Source: Phoronis australis (lineage: Eukaryota > Animalia > Phoronida). From it: DNA of 64,000 bases. The DNA lies in NCBI GenBank assembly GCA_002633005.1, contig NMRA01000581.1:34762-98761 (forward strand). The letters are read 5' to 3'. A program made the position numbers and the translations under genes. How positions within the stretch are numbered: the stretch's first letter is position 1; every line of letters starts with the position of its first letter. Below, piece after piece: positions 1-12,557 of the stretch. The notes under the pieces were generated by a model. It searched no databases, was not told the origin of the DNA, and saw nothing but the letters and a program-made list of their open reading frames with translations.

Positions 1-425
1 AAACCAAGGGTGTATATAATGAGTATTGCATAAAACTGTGTCTTTATTTTTTATCCCTAGCCATAACAATTCTTTAACCGCATCACTTGTCTGTAAAATA
101 TACAAGTTTTTTGAGACAACTTCAAACCTTTGTTACCCATTTTCAAGCCTTTTTAATTTTGATACTTTCAGCAATTTTAAACTCAGATTACAGGCTCACG
201 GGTCTGTCAAGCATACTTCTAGCCTAAGGTTGAGGGAACCGTTTTTCTTCTAATAGAAGATATGAAGACTTGGGTCATTTAAAAATTATGGATAATCTTT
301 CTATTGTTTAAGATAAATTACAACTCGTAAGGCACCATCAAAAATGCAATTTTCACAAAAATGGCAGTCATTTGAATTTATAACGACTTGCAACATTTCA
401 AGGCTTGAGTTAAGACTATTCAGTC

Positions 426-760
426 ACTGTAAATTCGAAAAATGTAATATATTTTCGTGGTTTTACAATTGATACAAGTAGCAAACCAGTTTCATGAAAT
501 CAACTTGAAGGGACTTCGTGAAGGTTAAGAATTTCCTCACCATGCTCTTTTCCCCAAACATGTATTACCTGTTATTTCCAAACATTCAGTTGTACCAAAC
601 ACTGTGAATTCGGAAATGTAATATATTTTCGTGGTTTTAGCAAAGCAGTTTCATGAAATCAACTTGAAGGGACTTCGTGAAGGTTAAGAATTACCTCACC
701 ATGCTCTTTTCCCCAAACATGTATTACCTGATATTTCCACACATTCAGTTGTACCAAATA
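426..760. repeat. Tandem duplication, two copies (~175 and ~160 bp)
   Basis: cactgt..aattcg.aaatgtaatatattttcgtggtttta...cattcagttgtaccaaa occurs at ~426-599 and again at ~600-759; the second copy has a ~15-bp deletion and a few substitutions. Confidence 0.9.
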
Positions 761-1272
761 TTACAACCCCCCATGCCAATCCCCCTCGGGACCTAATTTA
801 ACAAAATGACTTTAAAAATAGCTGTTCCTTTTCAAAGGCTTTGTTCGTTGTCTCCAATATTGAATGTAGGCTTCGACAACAAATCTGCTCTGGATGGGAA
901 GATCTTGTTGGTTAGCTGCAGTCAAATGCTAAAAAACAATTTTTGTCCATTCAGGGACGGTGCAGAAGCGATGCATATCTCCTCTACACGATACAAGCCT
1001 TCAAACCTAAAAACCAAAGGTTACGTGAAAACTGACGTGATAGATTTTCATTTCAACGTGTAATAGATTTCCAGAAGACATATGATAGGGAGTAAACAAA
1101 CAGTCTAATGCAATGGATATTTATCACTCACGTACCCTTTGCCATTGGAATTGGATTGTAATCTTAACTCATTAACCTGTATCGAGTTGACAGCATAAAC
1201 ATTCAGCATTGATTGATGTAACTGTCACTGATAAACTTTTAGAAANATCGTTAAAATAATCACAAACCTTAC

Positions 1273-1365
1273 CTTTGTATGAGGTCGTGCTTACTTCCTC
1301 TCATAGAAGCACCCTTTTTACGCAATCTCAGATTCAGTTGGCACGGCTGTAAGCCATTTCACCAT
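1273..1365 (-). pseudogene. Degenerate SAP-domain-like coding exon, probably transposon-derived
   Basis: Minus strand reads MVKWLTAV.. then, after a frameshift, LRKKGASMRGSKHDLIQR followed by an AG|GTAAGG donor. This fits the SAP pattern L..L+.RG....G.K..L+.RL, but the frame is broken. Confidence 0.35.
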
Positions 1366-3159
1366 GTATTTAAAGGGCTCGCGAAATCGAGGCTGTTGAT
1401 CTATCACCACTAGTACACGCACGCCCTCTAGTTATTGCAGATTTTCCGAATAGCCCCATTATCCGTGAAGTGTGTTTGGCGGTCACAGTGTGTCTTGTTT
1501 CTAAGTGCAATTGAGTCTGTAGGCGTTTTTTCTTTTGGAGAGGTAGAGTGAATGAATCGTGTTTTGCGAGTTCGATCCCGTGTATTTGAGTCACTAACGG
1601 TGTTTTCAGATACGTGTGTCGCGTTTTTGCGTGCGACTGTGTTCTGTAGTCCGTTAGGCGTGTAGTTTAGGTGCCTTGTTTTTGGCCCCGTTGCCCGCGG
1701 ATTCTGACTAGAGTTCGAGCGGAAAGGAATCCTTTCTGACGGTCAGGAATACTAAACAATTAGATGGGAGTTTATGAGAACATAGGGCTGATACGACTCG
1801 CCAGATTTTCGTTTTTAGTGATTAAACCGGTCGAAAGGTAGCCCAGTATTTAGTAAAATTATCAACTTATTATTATATAACTGTTTAATTATCATTTCTG
1901 GAAAAGTAATGATATATTGTTAAACTGCACGCAAGGTCTCGCCTTCATGTCGTTATGAGACTGTAGGCCACATTGAGCCAAAACATTCGACGAGTTAAAA
2001 TGAATTACAGTATGCTTTGTTTGTTTGTTATGTATTTCATTGAGTAATTTTCAAAATAAAATTCGCTGACTTGTCTGCCATATTTTGTTCCGGCGTACGA
2101 TATTCCACCCACTGTCAAGACGTTTCAAACGCTTTTTACACCTGACTATGTTCAAAGTTTCATGCGCCGTTAGAAGGTATGATAAATTAATCACAAACAG
2201 TTAAGAGTCAACAAAATTTCCAAATTTGTAATACTGATTTGAACGAAACTCCTTTGGCCAACTCTTGCCTTTGCCAATTTTTTCTCCCTTTGCCGGACCA
2301 CATGGGACAATTAAATTGTTGGGCATCTTCATGACATTTGACCTACGTGTGTGTCTTAAAACATCAGCACAGTTGTTGCTGACCTTCGGAGGGGCATGGC
2401 AAAATTTTCTTTTACATCCGTTGCCTTAAACTTCCTAAAATCTTGACAGGTGTACTTGGCCTAGTGAACAAGTCTAATCTGTGACGTGGAGATCCTTGAA
2501 CTAGTGGAAACCTAACGGGCAGTCGGCAAATCAATGTCTTTCTTATGCCCTCTGAAATTGTGGCTATTTCAGTAAATAGTCCACCAATTTTAACATCAAA
2601 GTAGATTAATTTTACTGGCTGAAAAACAACAGGCAGGTTATTTTCTCCAAGTTTTAATTATTAAGGTTTTGTAAATTAGACCGAGTTGTTTCCCACTGCT
2701 TATAACCAGACAAGAAAGCGCTTCAACTCCATGCCAATTGTAACAATAGATCGGCCTTGGGCACGAGAGATTGGAGCCCAAGGCTTTTGGTGTGGTAACT
2801 TACAACTTTGAAAGGGCTTTGGGGGTAAAAAATCATTGAATCATGAAATGTGTGCAAAAGGAGAAATTGAAGACTTTTATTTATGGATCCTACTATGCAT
2901 GGAAATATTTGAAAAAATGAGCAGATCCCCAATATCATTAAAATTTGTGACGCACAAGGTGAGCACATATCAATGCACTGCATTGCTCCTGTTAAATTTA
3001 CATATATATTAGCACCAGTCATGAATCCACTGAAACGAGGTCTGCAACTGATTAATTTGTCAGCATCTGACCCTGACACATAATCTAAACCTACACTGGT
3101 CATAAACACAGTAGCAGTCTGCCTGGCTTCACACTCAATTAAGCATTACCAATTCATTC

Positions 3160-3831
3160 AAGTCGACTTGACATGTTTGGTGTCATTTATTCAAGCACCA
3201 TCATAAGAAGAGAGAATGTAGACAAAACTAATCACAATTTAAAATATCCTATGCTGGGTTTTACGCCAAGATTGCTCAACGAAAACACAACAAATTGGTG
3301 AATATTACTGTGTTAACTTAAGAATTGTATTAACATTCAAGTCTCTGAAACTGTTGAATATATTTAACCCTAAGGACAAAATTCTTGTGGGTCTACGGTC
3401 CAGGGTAGTGTACAAATTTATCTGTGCTGGATGTGGCTCTAGTTATACAGGCGAAACTGTTGGCCATTTTAAAACCAGGACCACGGAACATCTAAATTCT
3501 GCCAAAGGTTCACATGTAAATATTCACCTACAGAGCTCCAATCATTGTTATCAGCAGTGCTCTTTCAATGACTTTGCAATAATAGACCAGCAGTAACAAC
3601 AAAGGAGCTTAAAATTCGTGGGGCTCTACACATCAGTTGGTGCAAGCCCAATCTCAGTAGGCAACTGGCACACCACAGGTTGTCATTGTTGGTCTAGTTC
3701 ATTGTCACTCCCTGTAACTGACTGTATCTGTGCTTCATTACTTGTTGCTGGGCCTAGCTACGTGGCCACTGTATTCTCTCTTCTGATGATGGTGTTTGAA
3801 TAAATGACACCAAAACATGTCAAGTCGACTT
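3160..3831 (+). mobile_element. Penelope-like retroelement remnant: GIY-YIG endonuclease C-terminus flanked by inverted terminal (pLTR-like) repeats
   Basis: ORF 3354-3596 (KDKILVGLRSRVVYKFICAGCGSSYTGETVGHFKTRTTEH...H..HL) has the VVY..C..C...YxGET....R..EH signature of Penelope GIY-YIG domains. 3160-3217 is the reverse complement of 3773-3831. Confidence 0.85.
3780..3824 (+). ncRNA. Decayed minimal hammerhead-ribozyme motif (Penelope-type)
   Basis: ctt-CTGATGA-tggtgt(loop)acacc-aAAAC-atg-TC-aag: core box, stem II, short palindromic stem III and ctt/aag stem I. The G of GAAA is replaced by A. An inverted, more decayed copy lies at 3167-3210. Confidence 0.55.
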
Positions 3832-4617
3832 AAAACCATTGTCGTTTTCTTTAATAAATGCTGCTACTTGATATCATGATTACCAATTCAAATTCAAAGT
3901 TACTAACAGACGACCATCAAAGTAAGTTAGGCACAGAATTTGATAAATTGATGTATCCCCACGTCATATTTCATAAAAAAATTCCAATTTTACACGATGA
4001 CATCACAAATGTAAGAGCAGAGTCTCAATTGAACTATGGTGATCATGGGCCTTTATGTTTGTTAAGTAGGTTAAAATTATGATTATAAACAGTGAAAAAT
4101 GATTAGTTAATAGCCTCCTGAAGGGTAACAAACCTAACTACTATTGGAAGAAGTATTTGTTTGCATTAGAGGCATGTGGTCTGTTAAGTTCCATGTACCT
4201 AATGCATTCATAACGCTAAATCGTCGTGAGAGACTGTCCAGAGTTGGTACATGGTGCAACTCGGGACGATCTGGGGACAACAGAAAACCCCAGTTCAACT
4301 GTGAGTCTACACCAATGTGACAAACGAGAGTAGTTCTACTTGCTGCGTCAGCTGCAGGTATGCTTATCTCTTTTATGACACTCAATGTGTGATTGGGCAA
4401 AGCGTTTTCAAAATAATGTGGATAAATCAGCGAAGTGTGAGACCCCTGAAGTCCGTGTCAAGTCCTCACGACAATTCTACGTTATAGGTTTAAACCAGAG
4501 AATAGCTTTTACTAGGAGACCTGCCTTCCATCAGACAATTCATGACACATCCCGCATAATTAAGCCAGTCAAGAGGACATTGCACATGCCACATTAAAGT
4601 TACACAAGTGTTTTTCA

Positions 4618-5280
4618 TCACGTGAATGGCATCAATGTCAGGCTATTTCCCTCTCCATGTTCCTGTCTTATCAAATCACACTCGCTTCCTCGTTTAATCT
4701 TTAACATGGTAAACTTGATAACCAGTCTCCCAGTTAGCGGATTGTTGACTAGTCCAAAGCACTGTTCGAACACGCCCATAAACTCGTGTTTCCTGTGTAC
4801 AGTGCCCGCCACGGTCACCACAACCAATCCGTGGGCGTCCTTTTTCTCCGCTGAATGTGACGGGTTGAATATCAAGCCCTCATCGCGCACCATTGCCAGA
4901 GAACGATTCACAACATTCTGAGCACCCAAAAAATCATGAGTCTCACAGCTTCCCATGACCTCAATGTTCAAGGAGCAGTCTTCAAAAAAGTGCTGAACAC
5001 CAAATTCCTCTGAGGGTTCATTTCTAACCAATGAATTGTAGGAATTTAGCATGCAATAGTACCAGCTGGTGAACTTTTCAGCAAGCTCCACTGAGGGTAC
5101 CACTTCTGAGCAATGAGGCTTAGTAAGGTGTGACGACTCCGGTGGAGAATAATCAATCCTTATTCTAGATACAGGTGACGATTCAGGAAAGTCAACCTCC
5201 ACCCTCGAAGGCGTTTTTGGTGATGTAAAGTCAAGTTTAAAGTCAGCAGCAGGGGACGGAGGTACTGATGGACGTGCGAT
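4618..5280 (-). CDS. C3orf38: C3orf38 homologue exon 3 (terminal)
   Basis: Acceptor tcttttgcAG, then 221 open codons to TGA at 4620-4618. Confidence 0.92.
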   Translation of the reverse strand: MARPSVPPSPAADFKLDFTSPKTPSRVEVDFPESSPVSRIRIDYSPPESSHLTKPHCSEVVPSVELAEKFTSWYYCMLNSYNSLVRNEPSEEFGVQHFFEDCSLNIEVMGSCETHDFLGAQNVVNRSLAMVRDEGLIFNPSHSAEKKDAHGLVVVTVAGTVHRKHEFMGVFEQCFGLVNNPLTGRLVIKFTMLKIKRGSECDLIRQEHGEGNSLTLMPFT

Positions 5281-8200
5281 CTGCAAAAGAACAGGAAATT
5301 AGATACGTGACCTGAATGCCTGAGTGTTTGTATTCATGGCAAAATTTTTCACTCGCGATATCTGATATACTGAATAATAACCCTATGCACATCCCACACA
5401 TGTTTGTATATGCAGAAGGAGAGTCCTCTTCACTACGAAGCATTGATTAAGTGGTTCGTCAATAGCAGGATATAATCTAACTCATTAACTACAAACCTCC
5501 AAAAATGGACAACACCAAAACTTAAAGAAAGTGTTCTAGATATAACACAGTTGTGTTCAAACTGGCCTGTTGTGATGAAATGAATGTCAAATGACTAGAT
5601 TCAGGCCGTGTAGCATTTGAACAGTTGTCAGGGATACAGTATAAACCTGTAAGGATGGGAGATCTGTGTTACATACAACAGCACGCATTAGTGGCAAGAT
5701 CTCATTCAAACAAACAGTATCTACTGCAGTCACCATGACCAAGTAATTCAAATTACTGCAGCATCAAGAAAACTTCAAGTGCCTTAGAAATTAATCTCGA
5801 AGTGCAACCATGCCAAACCAATCATTGTCTGGCAGAATGATATAATGCAACTGAATTTAATGATGCTAGCATAAACAAACCGACAGATTTCTCGTGTTCG
5901 ATCAAAACACTAGTGACTAGATGTCATGCTAATTTTCCTTTACCAAAGTCATAACTCATAAATAAATAGTAGGATGAGCCACTTGACTTTGCAACATCTA
6001 CAGAAATATTTCAACGAGTTTCCAGAGTTAATTTCGACATAAAGTGGCCATAAACCCGCCTTCCGCCACGAAACCCAAGTTTTGATTTATACCACCGACC
6101 AATTTATATAAAATTGATGTCAATTTGTTCATTAGTCAAATTGCAGATGATTTCAGTATTTTGAAAGAATCAACACATCATCATGCTTCATGAGATCAAG
6201 TCCTGCATTTGGCCTGTCATGGCGTACGTGTCATGGCGTACGTGTCACGGTATACGTGTCATTTTACACGCCCAACATGCATGATCTTGAGGAACAATGA
6301 AATGTCAGGTCTTTGCAAATCCGCTTCTCATCTGAGTCACGACAAATTAAAGTGGCAAATGATTTAAATCAAAGCTTACTTCTTCAACCCAATGACAAAA
6401 TTATCATTAATTTCCATGGGCATGTAATACTTTTTGCTATGAGCCTTTCAATGAAAGGAAGTTAAAATGGCCACCTGCCCAGTATGGCTCAAGTGCAGGC
6501 CTTCGACTGCATACAAAGATTTTATGGTCAGTCATAAATAGTGAAGTCTATAACCAAACCTGCGAACTCCACATTGTTAGTATTTTCTGAACCAGGTCTG
6601 CCTTGGTGGAGTTTGTTGACACATCAATCCCCGTCTCTTTCAAGTACATCAGTAGGCATTCTCTCTTTAGTTTTTGTCTCTTGAGCAGTTGACTGGCACT
6701 GTCAGTGTAGAGTATGATGGCGTCTTCGGCCTCTGAAAATGGTAGCATAAAGGACATAAACGGAGTCTTGAATTGTGAATGACCTGCACACTCAGGTGTT
6801 TATTATGTTGGGTAATTGTCTTATGATTAACGGGCAAGTCAAAGTGGTGTCACACATTCAAAGCCAAGATAAAAACAAAACCTGGGTGATGGTACTAAAA
6901 AGGACCACTTGAGATAAACAAAGTTGTACAAAATCATAACAGTATCAACTCCAAGGCTATGCACACATTAAACACCCAAGATGACAAGAGCCACTTACAC
7001 AGGGTTCCCAGATTTTAAGACCCAGTTTATTGTCAATTATTCAGCAGAGGTACAGGTTTGAATAATGCAGGAACCTTATTACCTACAAGATTCATACTCC
7101 TGCATGCAATCAAACATTTTTCGAACAGCTCCTCAACTGGCCGTTTTAACACTGCTCTCACAAGGGAATATGATGGCATCCTAACATATCCATGTGCAAA
7201 AAGGTACTTATAGCAACATTACTTTGACGATTTTATCAGCCAGTGTGAGGCATAGTTTGCCGAAAAAGCTTCCAGCCCAAGGCGGGCCTATGAGATGGCC
7301 ACCATACTAGGGTCTGTTGAGACTAGTAGTAGTAATAATCTTTATATAAAAGTCGGTCAGGTTTAACAATGAAACATTAGCATAATAAGTGCTAATGATA
7401 GTAATATCCGACAACTTTTAAAAATCTACAAACTGAAACTACAAAAACTTAAAGTATTAATAAAAGTTAACTGGTACGGAAAATAACTCAATCATAAAGA
7501 CAAAAGTACATGCAAGTGTGATAAATTCATTTAAGGCAGTACATGGTCTCATTGCCGATGGCAAGACTGTGGTAGTCTACACAATCTGACATGTTGTAGA
7601 TGTGCTTCTGGTGAATCATATGAGCCTCTGTTAGCTACTCGCTAACGGGCAATTGCCTATTAGCTGAATGGTTAGCACGCTTGCCGGTTTTATGGGGGTC
7701 GCTGATTCGATCCCCGGGTCGGGTACAGTAATCTTGGCTACTACTACAGTCAAGTGACCTAATTATCGGACGTTTTGGCACATTTTGCATTATATTTAAT
7801 TGAAAATACTACAGACTGTTGTAAATTCTTTGCTGAAATAAAGGCTTACCTTCACGGAATTGTTGTGTTACTATATCTTGTCACCGAAAGCCACATTTAT
7901 GTTCTGACTGATCTTTAAAAAACACAACTAGCAAACCTTCGGAGAACCTAAATATCGGACACCGTGCGTTTCCCTACATGCCACACTGCGGAAAACTGAC
8001 TAACCAAGTAATGGCCGCAGGCACCCTGCAGCCAAATTTCAGCTTGAGTGTTTTGACATATGCTGCTAAAACACAGCTCCATTCGCAACAAAATTTATCC
8101 ACAACATGAAGTCTGATGACGGCGCCAAATCGTTTAGACGAATTAGTGCAGACGACTAAAGCATGTGCAAACTCACTGCAGTTTTTAGTATCTCTTTGGT

Positions 8201-8720
8201 TCTTGATATAACACCCGCACGTGCGCGGTCAGGGTTTGACTTGAGTTTAAAAACAAATGAAAAATGGAACGGTGACAAATTGTCAGTTCAACGAGATGGT
8301 TTCATTGTGGAAAAAGATTTTCTTTTCAACTTTTATAACCAATTTATGCGATCGTCCATTTTAGGCCTACTTGGGGGTCTAAATTGCACCCTCTCTCGGT
8401 GAAATCAAAACGAGGCAACGCTGTAAAAAACGAGACGGTGCCGGACATTGAATGCATTACAACGGAACAAAAATTGGTGTCATTTAATTCTCAGATTATT
8501 CTTCAAGTAAGATTTTATGACTTGTCCGATATTTAGGTTCCGTCCGATAATTAGGTACACTATGTGTACAGACAACTCAAAACGAGAGTTGGTCTTTACC
8601 CCGTCTATTCACAGGATCAACAGCTTTTGAGGTTGAAGTATCACATAAGCTATAGATGTCGTCAGTTGAGCATTTCTCTAGAATCTTCCTAAATTCTCTT
8701 TTCTCCGCCTTGGAGAGCAT
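4618..8720 (-). CDS. C3orf38: C3orf38 homologue (DUF4518, NTF2-like C-terminal region), gene model complement(join(4618..5280,6560..6732,8600..8720)), ~318 aa
   Basis: MLSKAEKREFRKILEKCSTDDIYSLCDT / EAEDAIILYTDSASQLLKRQKLKRECLLMYL / LAEKFTSWYYCMLNS..FGVQHFFED..HGLVVVTVAGTVHR..GVFEQCFGL match remembered vertebrate C3orf38 motifs (IMALCDT, AILAYS..LLRRRKV, FCHWFF, HGLVMVGVAGTVHR, GIFEQIFGL). Introns are GT-AG, phases 1 and 0. Confidence 0.92.
6216..6260. repeat. 14-bp minisatellite, about 3 copies (gtcatggcgtacgt)
   Basis: gtcatggcgtacgt gtcatggcgtacgt gtcacggtatacgt gtc seen directly. Confidence 0.75.
6560..6732 (-). CDS. C3orf38: C3orf38 homologue exon 2
   Basis: Acceptor ttttcAG, donor CAG|GTTTGG; encodes EAEDAIILY...TMWSSQ. 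Confidence 0.88.
7655..7725 (+). mobile_element. tRNA-derived SINE head / tRNA pseudogene
   Basis: A-box TAGCTGAATGG and B-box GATTCGATCCC at tRNA spacing; the cloverleaf is imperfect. Confidence 0.55.
7747..8566. mobile_element. Non-autonomous TIR element (Tc1/pogo-like MITE) in C3orf38 intron 1
   Basis: Left end ta|cagtcaagtgacctaattatcggacg; right end cgtccgataattaggtacactatgtg|ta. An internal subterminal copy, aacctaaatatcggaca, is at ~7945. Confidence 0.55.
8600..8720 (-). CDS. C3orf38: C3orf38 homologue exon 1
   Basis: ATG at 8720; 121 nt ending G|GTAAAG. Not in the ORF track. Confidence 0.88.
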
Positions 8721-9599
8721 GGTCGCTGATTTCTGCTGGGTTTTGTCGATTCTTAGAAAACCATAGTAGTCAATTCAAAACTTCCGGCGTACTACAGAAA
8801 CATACTTTCGATGATTTAATTCGAACGCAAATACGCTTCAGGTCAACTTGAGAGAAACTGTTTCCTTTTTTTGCTAAGTTTTCCCTCTGAGACTTCAACA
8901 GGGGCATTTTTTTCAGTTTGACAAGTAACGAATGTTTGTTTATTTATCTGAGCAGCTAGAGTCCTCATGCGGGAAATATCAGAACTAAAAATCAATGCAG
9001 GCGGACAGTAGCCGCCCTAACGAGGACAAGAAGAAACAAACATTGGATCAAAAATATGATTAACATGGCACATAATAATAAGATGAGTAAACAGATAATG
9101 AAAAAAAATGTTGCAAACAAGGCTGCACATAACTACGAAATATCTCAAATAAGACTATACAGTACATTACAAAAACCGACCTTTCGAAAACGTCACCGCC
9201 GGAAAGTGTACTGAACGCCGGTATTTTCAGAAACTGTGTCTAACTATGATGCAGCATTGTAAAACAAACAATAGCTGCGTTTTTTTAAATAAACAAGTCC
9301 GAAAATACGTCCATGATGGGTGTACTTTTGACTGGACCCATTTTCAGAAATTCCAGGTGCGATATCAACTATAGAAATTGGAACTTGAGATAAAGAGGTA
9401 GCATCCAACTGTGAAAAGAGCAATTGAAGGCGATTCTTCCATCAGGCACACAGTAAATGGTGGATGGCCTTATATTCGGCAGTCACCAGGTGGCGTGTGA
9501 ATTTTATTTACACTGTTTTATTACTCTCGTGGTCTTCTTAGATAACGAAATTTTTATATCTATAAATAGTTTGAAATTGTCGCTGTTCTGGCGTTTGAA

Positions 9600-10132
9600 A
9601 TTTTTGCTCATCCATTTCCAGTTGAATTATAACAGGCTGTCAGATTAAAAAACTTGAAAATTCAGTTGCAGTCAAACGATATGATCTACTAGTTCGTCCG
9701 TTGCCGGTAATGTTTCTTCTAAAAAAAATTAAAACAGAGACTGGCAAGAGATCTTTTATGTATGCTGCTGCTGCTTAGCCCAGAAATTGAATTTCCAAAC
9801 TTGTTATCAAAAAGTGTGGCTGTAATTTACCTAACCATTCTTACACCTTACTTGTCTTAATTATATCAATTTTCATTATCGTAAGTACACTCACGATTTA
9901 GTTTCATCTGTCTTCGTCCAATTTTCACCATCCTTGGTCATTTATTTATTATCTAAATTCTCAACCTGTATTAATTGTATCCTTGTTACATGTATTTAAT
10001 TATTGTTTTACTATTGTATTATATTACTGTTTTATATTTTGTTGTTGAGGGCTCTGTTGGAAAGCAGTGCTGTCACTGAAGAGGCCGCCCTGATTTTAAA
10101 TATCACAATAAATAAATAAATAAATAAATAAA
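9600..10132 (+). mobile_element. 5'-truncated LINE (CR1/L2-like) 3' end with (AAAT)n tail
   Basis: Decayed ORF2 C-terminus (IKTETGKRSFMYAAA), AT-rich UTR, terminal stem-loop ggaaagcagtgc..actgaagag..ccct, then (aaat)n. The same tail recurs at 49661-49748. Confidence 0.65.
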
Positions 10133-10254
10133 AGACTAGCGGAAGGTGTTCCTTTAGTGCAGTCATCTCGGCAGCAAACCAATTACACTCTCCAGCTAAG
10201 CTGAGCACATTTTAACAATAGTTTATGTAGCAGTTTTATGGTGATCGTGTAATG

Positions 10255-10494
10255 CATGCGCGCACCCGGGGGGGGGCTCGGGGGGCTCGAACCCCATTTG
10301 GCGAAGTGGGCAAAAAAGGTCCGCCCCAGAGAGACAAAAAGTCCGAGAAAATGGGACAAAAGTCCACTAAATAAGCGCAAACGCGCACTTCACAGTGGTG
10401 GTCCCGTTTTTTTAGTCCGCCCGCTGTGTTGTTAACCGAAAAACGTCCACGACGTCAAGAATTCGAGCCCCCCCCCAGGCTGGGTGCGCGCATG
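10255..10494. mobile_element. GC-tipped MITE (TIR catgcgcgcaccc)
   Basis: catgcgcgcacccgggggggg ... ccccccaggctgggtgcgcgcatg. Its internal ccccatttggc.aagtgg..aaaaagg motif recurs at ~44060-44195 (minus) and ~62526-62700. Confidence 0.8.
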
Positions 10495-11229
10495 CAATGT
10501 ACGATGGGTGACGAACTGTGCGGGAACTAGAAACTAGCGTAGTGCATGTAATGGATTTAAACTGGAATATAAACTCGGTGAATTCAGGAATTGCTTTAAT
10601 TTTGTGGTACATGTAAGTCCAAAGCCTTAGTTTTCATAAAGCGTAAACATATCTTGTCGATGATCGAGTGCAGGGCCTGCGGTATCGAGGAGCATTTTCT
10701 TCAAGCTCAAAGTTTACAAATAAGTCGTACTTAAATAGTAGAAATATTTCTGTTTTGTGTTTTGAGAGTTACCTTCACGTTAAATTATCTTTGATGCACC
10801 CGTCATATTATTTTGAGAAACATGGCTTGAATTGTCATGAGGGTGATCTCAGACGGATTTTGAAGTTATATTCTTGTCTCTATTATTGTAGCTTTATTTT
10901 TTATTAGTCCAACCTGTGTCTCCTGTACTTTGTAACTAGTCCGAATGTTCACAAAGAATGCCCACTTAAATCTAGTTTTCGCGCTTTATACGCATTTGTT
11001 TCTGCCATTGTAATTCTCCTTGATGGACAGGGTAGTCCGACGTACTGGAATGCTCTAACTGTTTGTCGTCATTTTAAAATTATAATCTTTTGACATATTT
11101 TCTTTCAGGTGACACTAAAGCTCCGTGAAGTGTGTTTTATTACATTCGGTAATCTTTCCCAGAAATACCACTGAATATATATGGAAGTGCAAAATACGAC
11201 AAAAACGTGTCGAAAGTGTGTACACTCTC

Positions 11230-11468
11230 CAGGGCTTAGAATTTCCCTTTTTTAAGAGAATTTCTTTTTTTTGGTTTCAATTTACTCTTATTTAATTCAA
11301 GTTTCCTCTTTTTTGTCTCATTTTTATCATTGTTTAGATTTTATTATTCCCACAAAAACGTTTAATTCAGTTAAATTTTAGAATCCAAAATTTTTCTTTC
11401 ACACAAGCCTAATTATTTATTTTGTGGAAAATTCCCCTCATTTTTGTCATTGGCCATTCCAAGTCCTG
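11230..11468. mobile_element. MITE with cagggctt.gaat TIR (hAT-like termini)
   Basis: cagggcttagaat ... attccaagtcctg; related ends at ~53410-53457 and 61799-62295. Confidence 0.55.
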
Positions 11469-12557
11469 TCTGTTGCTAAATCCCATTCGGTTTCTGGCTC
11501 AATTCCTCATGCCAACGAAGAATTCAGGTACCAGGAGGCATGTGTTTCATGTTCCGACTTCGTCCAATTTTTGCGAAGAATTCGACTTCCGCCTCTATAC
11601 TTCCAGCTTAAATTTAAAAGCGCCTGCCTGATGTGGCGGAGGGTGACAAATGCACTGATTTCACGAAATAAACGGAACATTTGTGAACAAAAGTTATTAA
11701 ATCTAGGGAAAATGCTATAGTTTGGAAGTTACCACCAATTTTGAAACGAATTTTGGATGAGTTGTAGTATGACTTTAATACTCGTTGTGGCGACTAGGAT
11801 GTGACTTGAGATTTTTCCCAGGTCGCCACACACAATTTGAAGTCGAATTGGCGAGCTGCAGGTCGCCAAATCGAGCATTGAGCAACAATTTGTGATAAAA
11901 TGTTATGCAAGACAGATTAAATAGGTAAAGAAACAGTGTTCGTAAAAGTTTGCTGGTAGTGCAAGTGTGCATGTGAGACAAGGCGACTTCAGTAGAATCA
12001 TGTCGCAAAGCTTTGATTTTTCAAACTTCTAATAAGCTATAACTTTTGTTGAAACCCCAGACATCCTACCATTGTGACAAAATCAAAGTGTTGGTCAAAA
12101 AAATTAAAGCTTGGATTGGAATGTAATTTTTATAATGTCAGTTCTTGACCATATGGTCAATAGAGAGTTAAAGTAACAAAAAAACAAGACGCTTCGATGT
12201 TTCGACATTCCTGAATATCAGAATCGGGTATAATACATTCAATAAACAGAGGCAAAAATAAATATACAAAGACAAGACAAATCCATAATGCACATCACTG
12301 AACATTCAATCTCTACCACAGAGCATGTATGTCCCAATGTTTCGGTTTAGTGACCCCTCTGCATGGTGTTGCTTTATGAGGGGTGCCTGACATTGGTTAA
12401 CTACTCACTTCAAAACAGACACCGGTGTAGATAAAAAACGGAATCAACATAACGTTTACAGCGAATACTTTCTGACGTCTGAGTTCTGCAACAATAGGAC
12501 CTTGCAAACAAGCAAGGCTTCGAGAGATTACATGTATTTTAAATGAGAACACGTGAT

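Noticed and set aside
426-760. Possible CRISPR-like or other regular array
   Set aside because: Only two long adjacent copies with no spacers, in a eukaryotic context with no cas genes.
12188-12230. Second hammerhead-like motif on the minus strand (ctgatattcaggaatgtcgaaacatc)
   Set aside because: The CTGANGA core is incomplete and there is no adjacent Penelope coding remnant.
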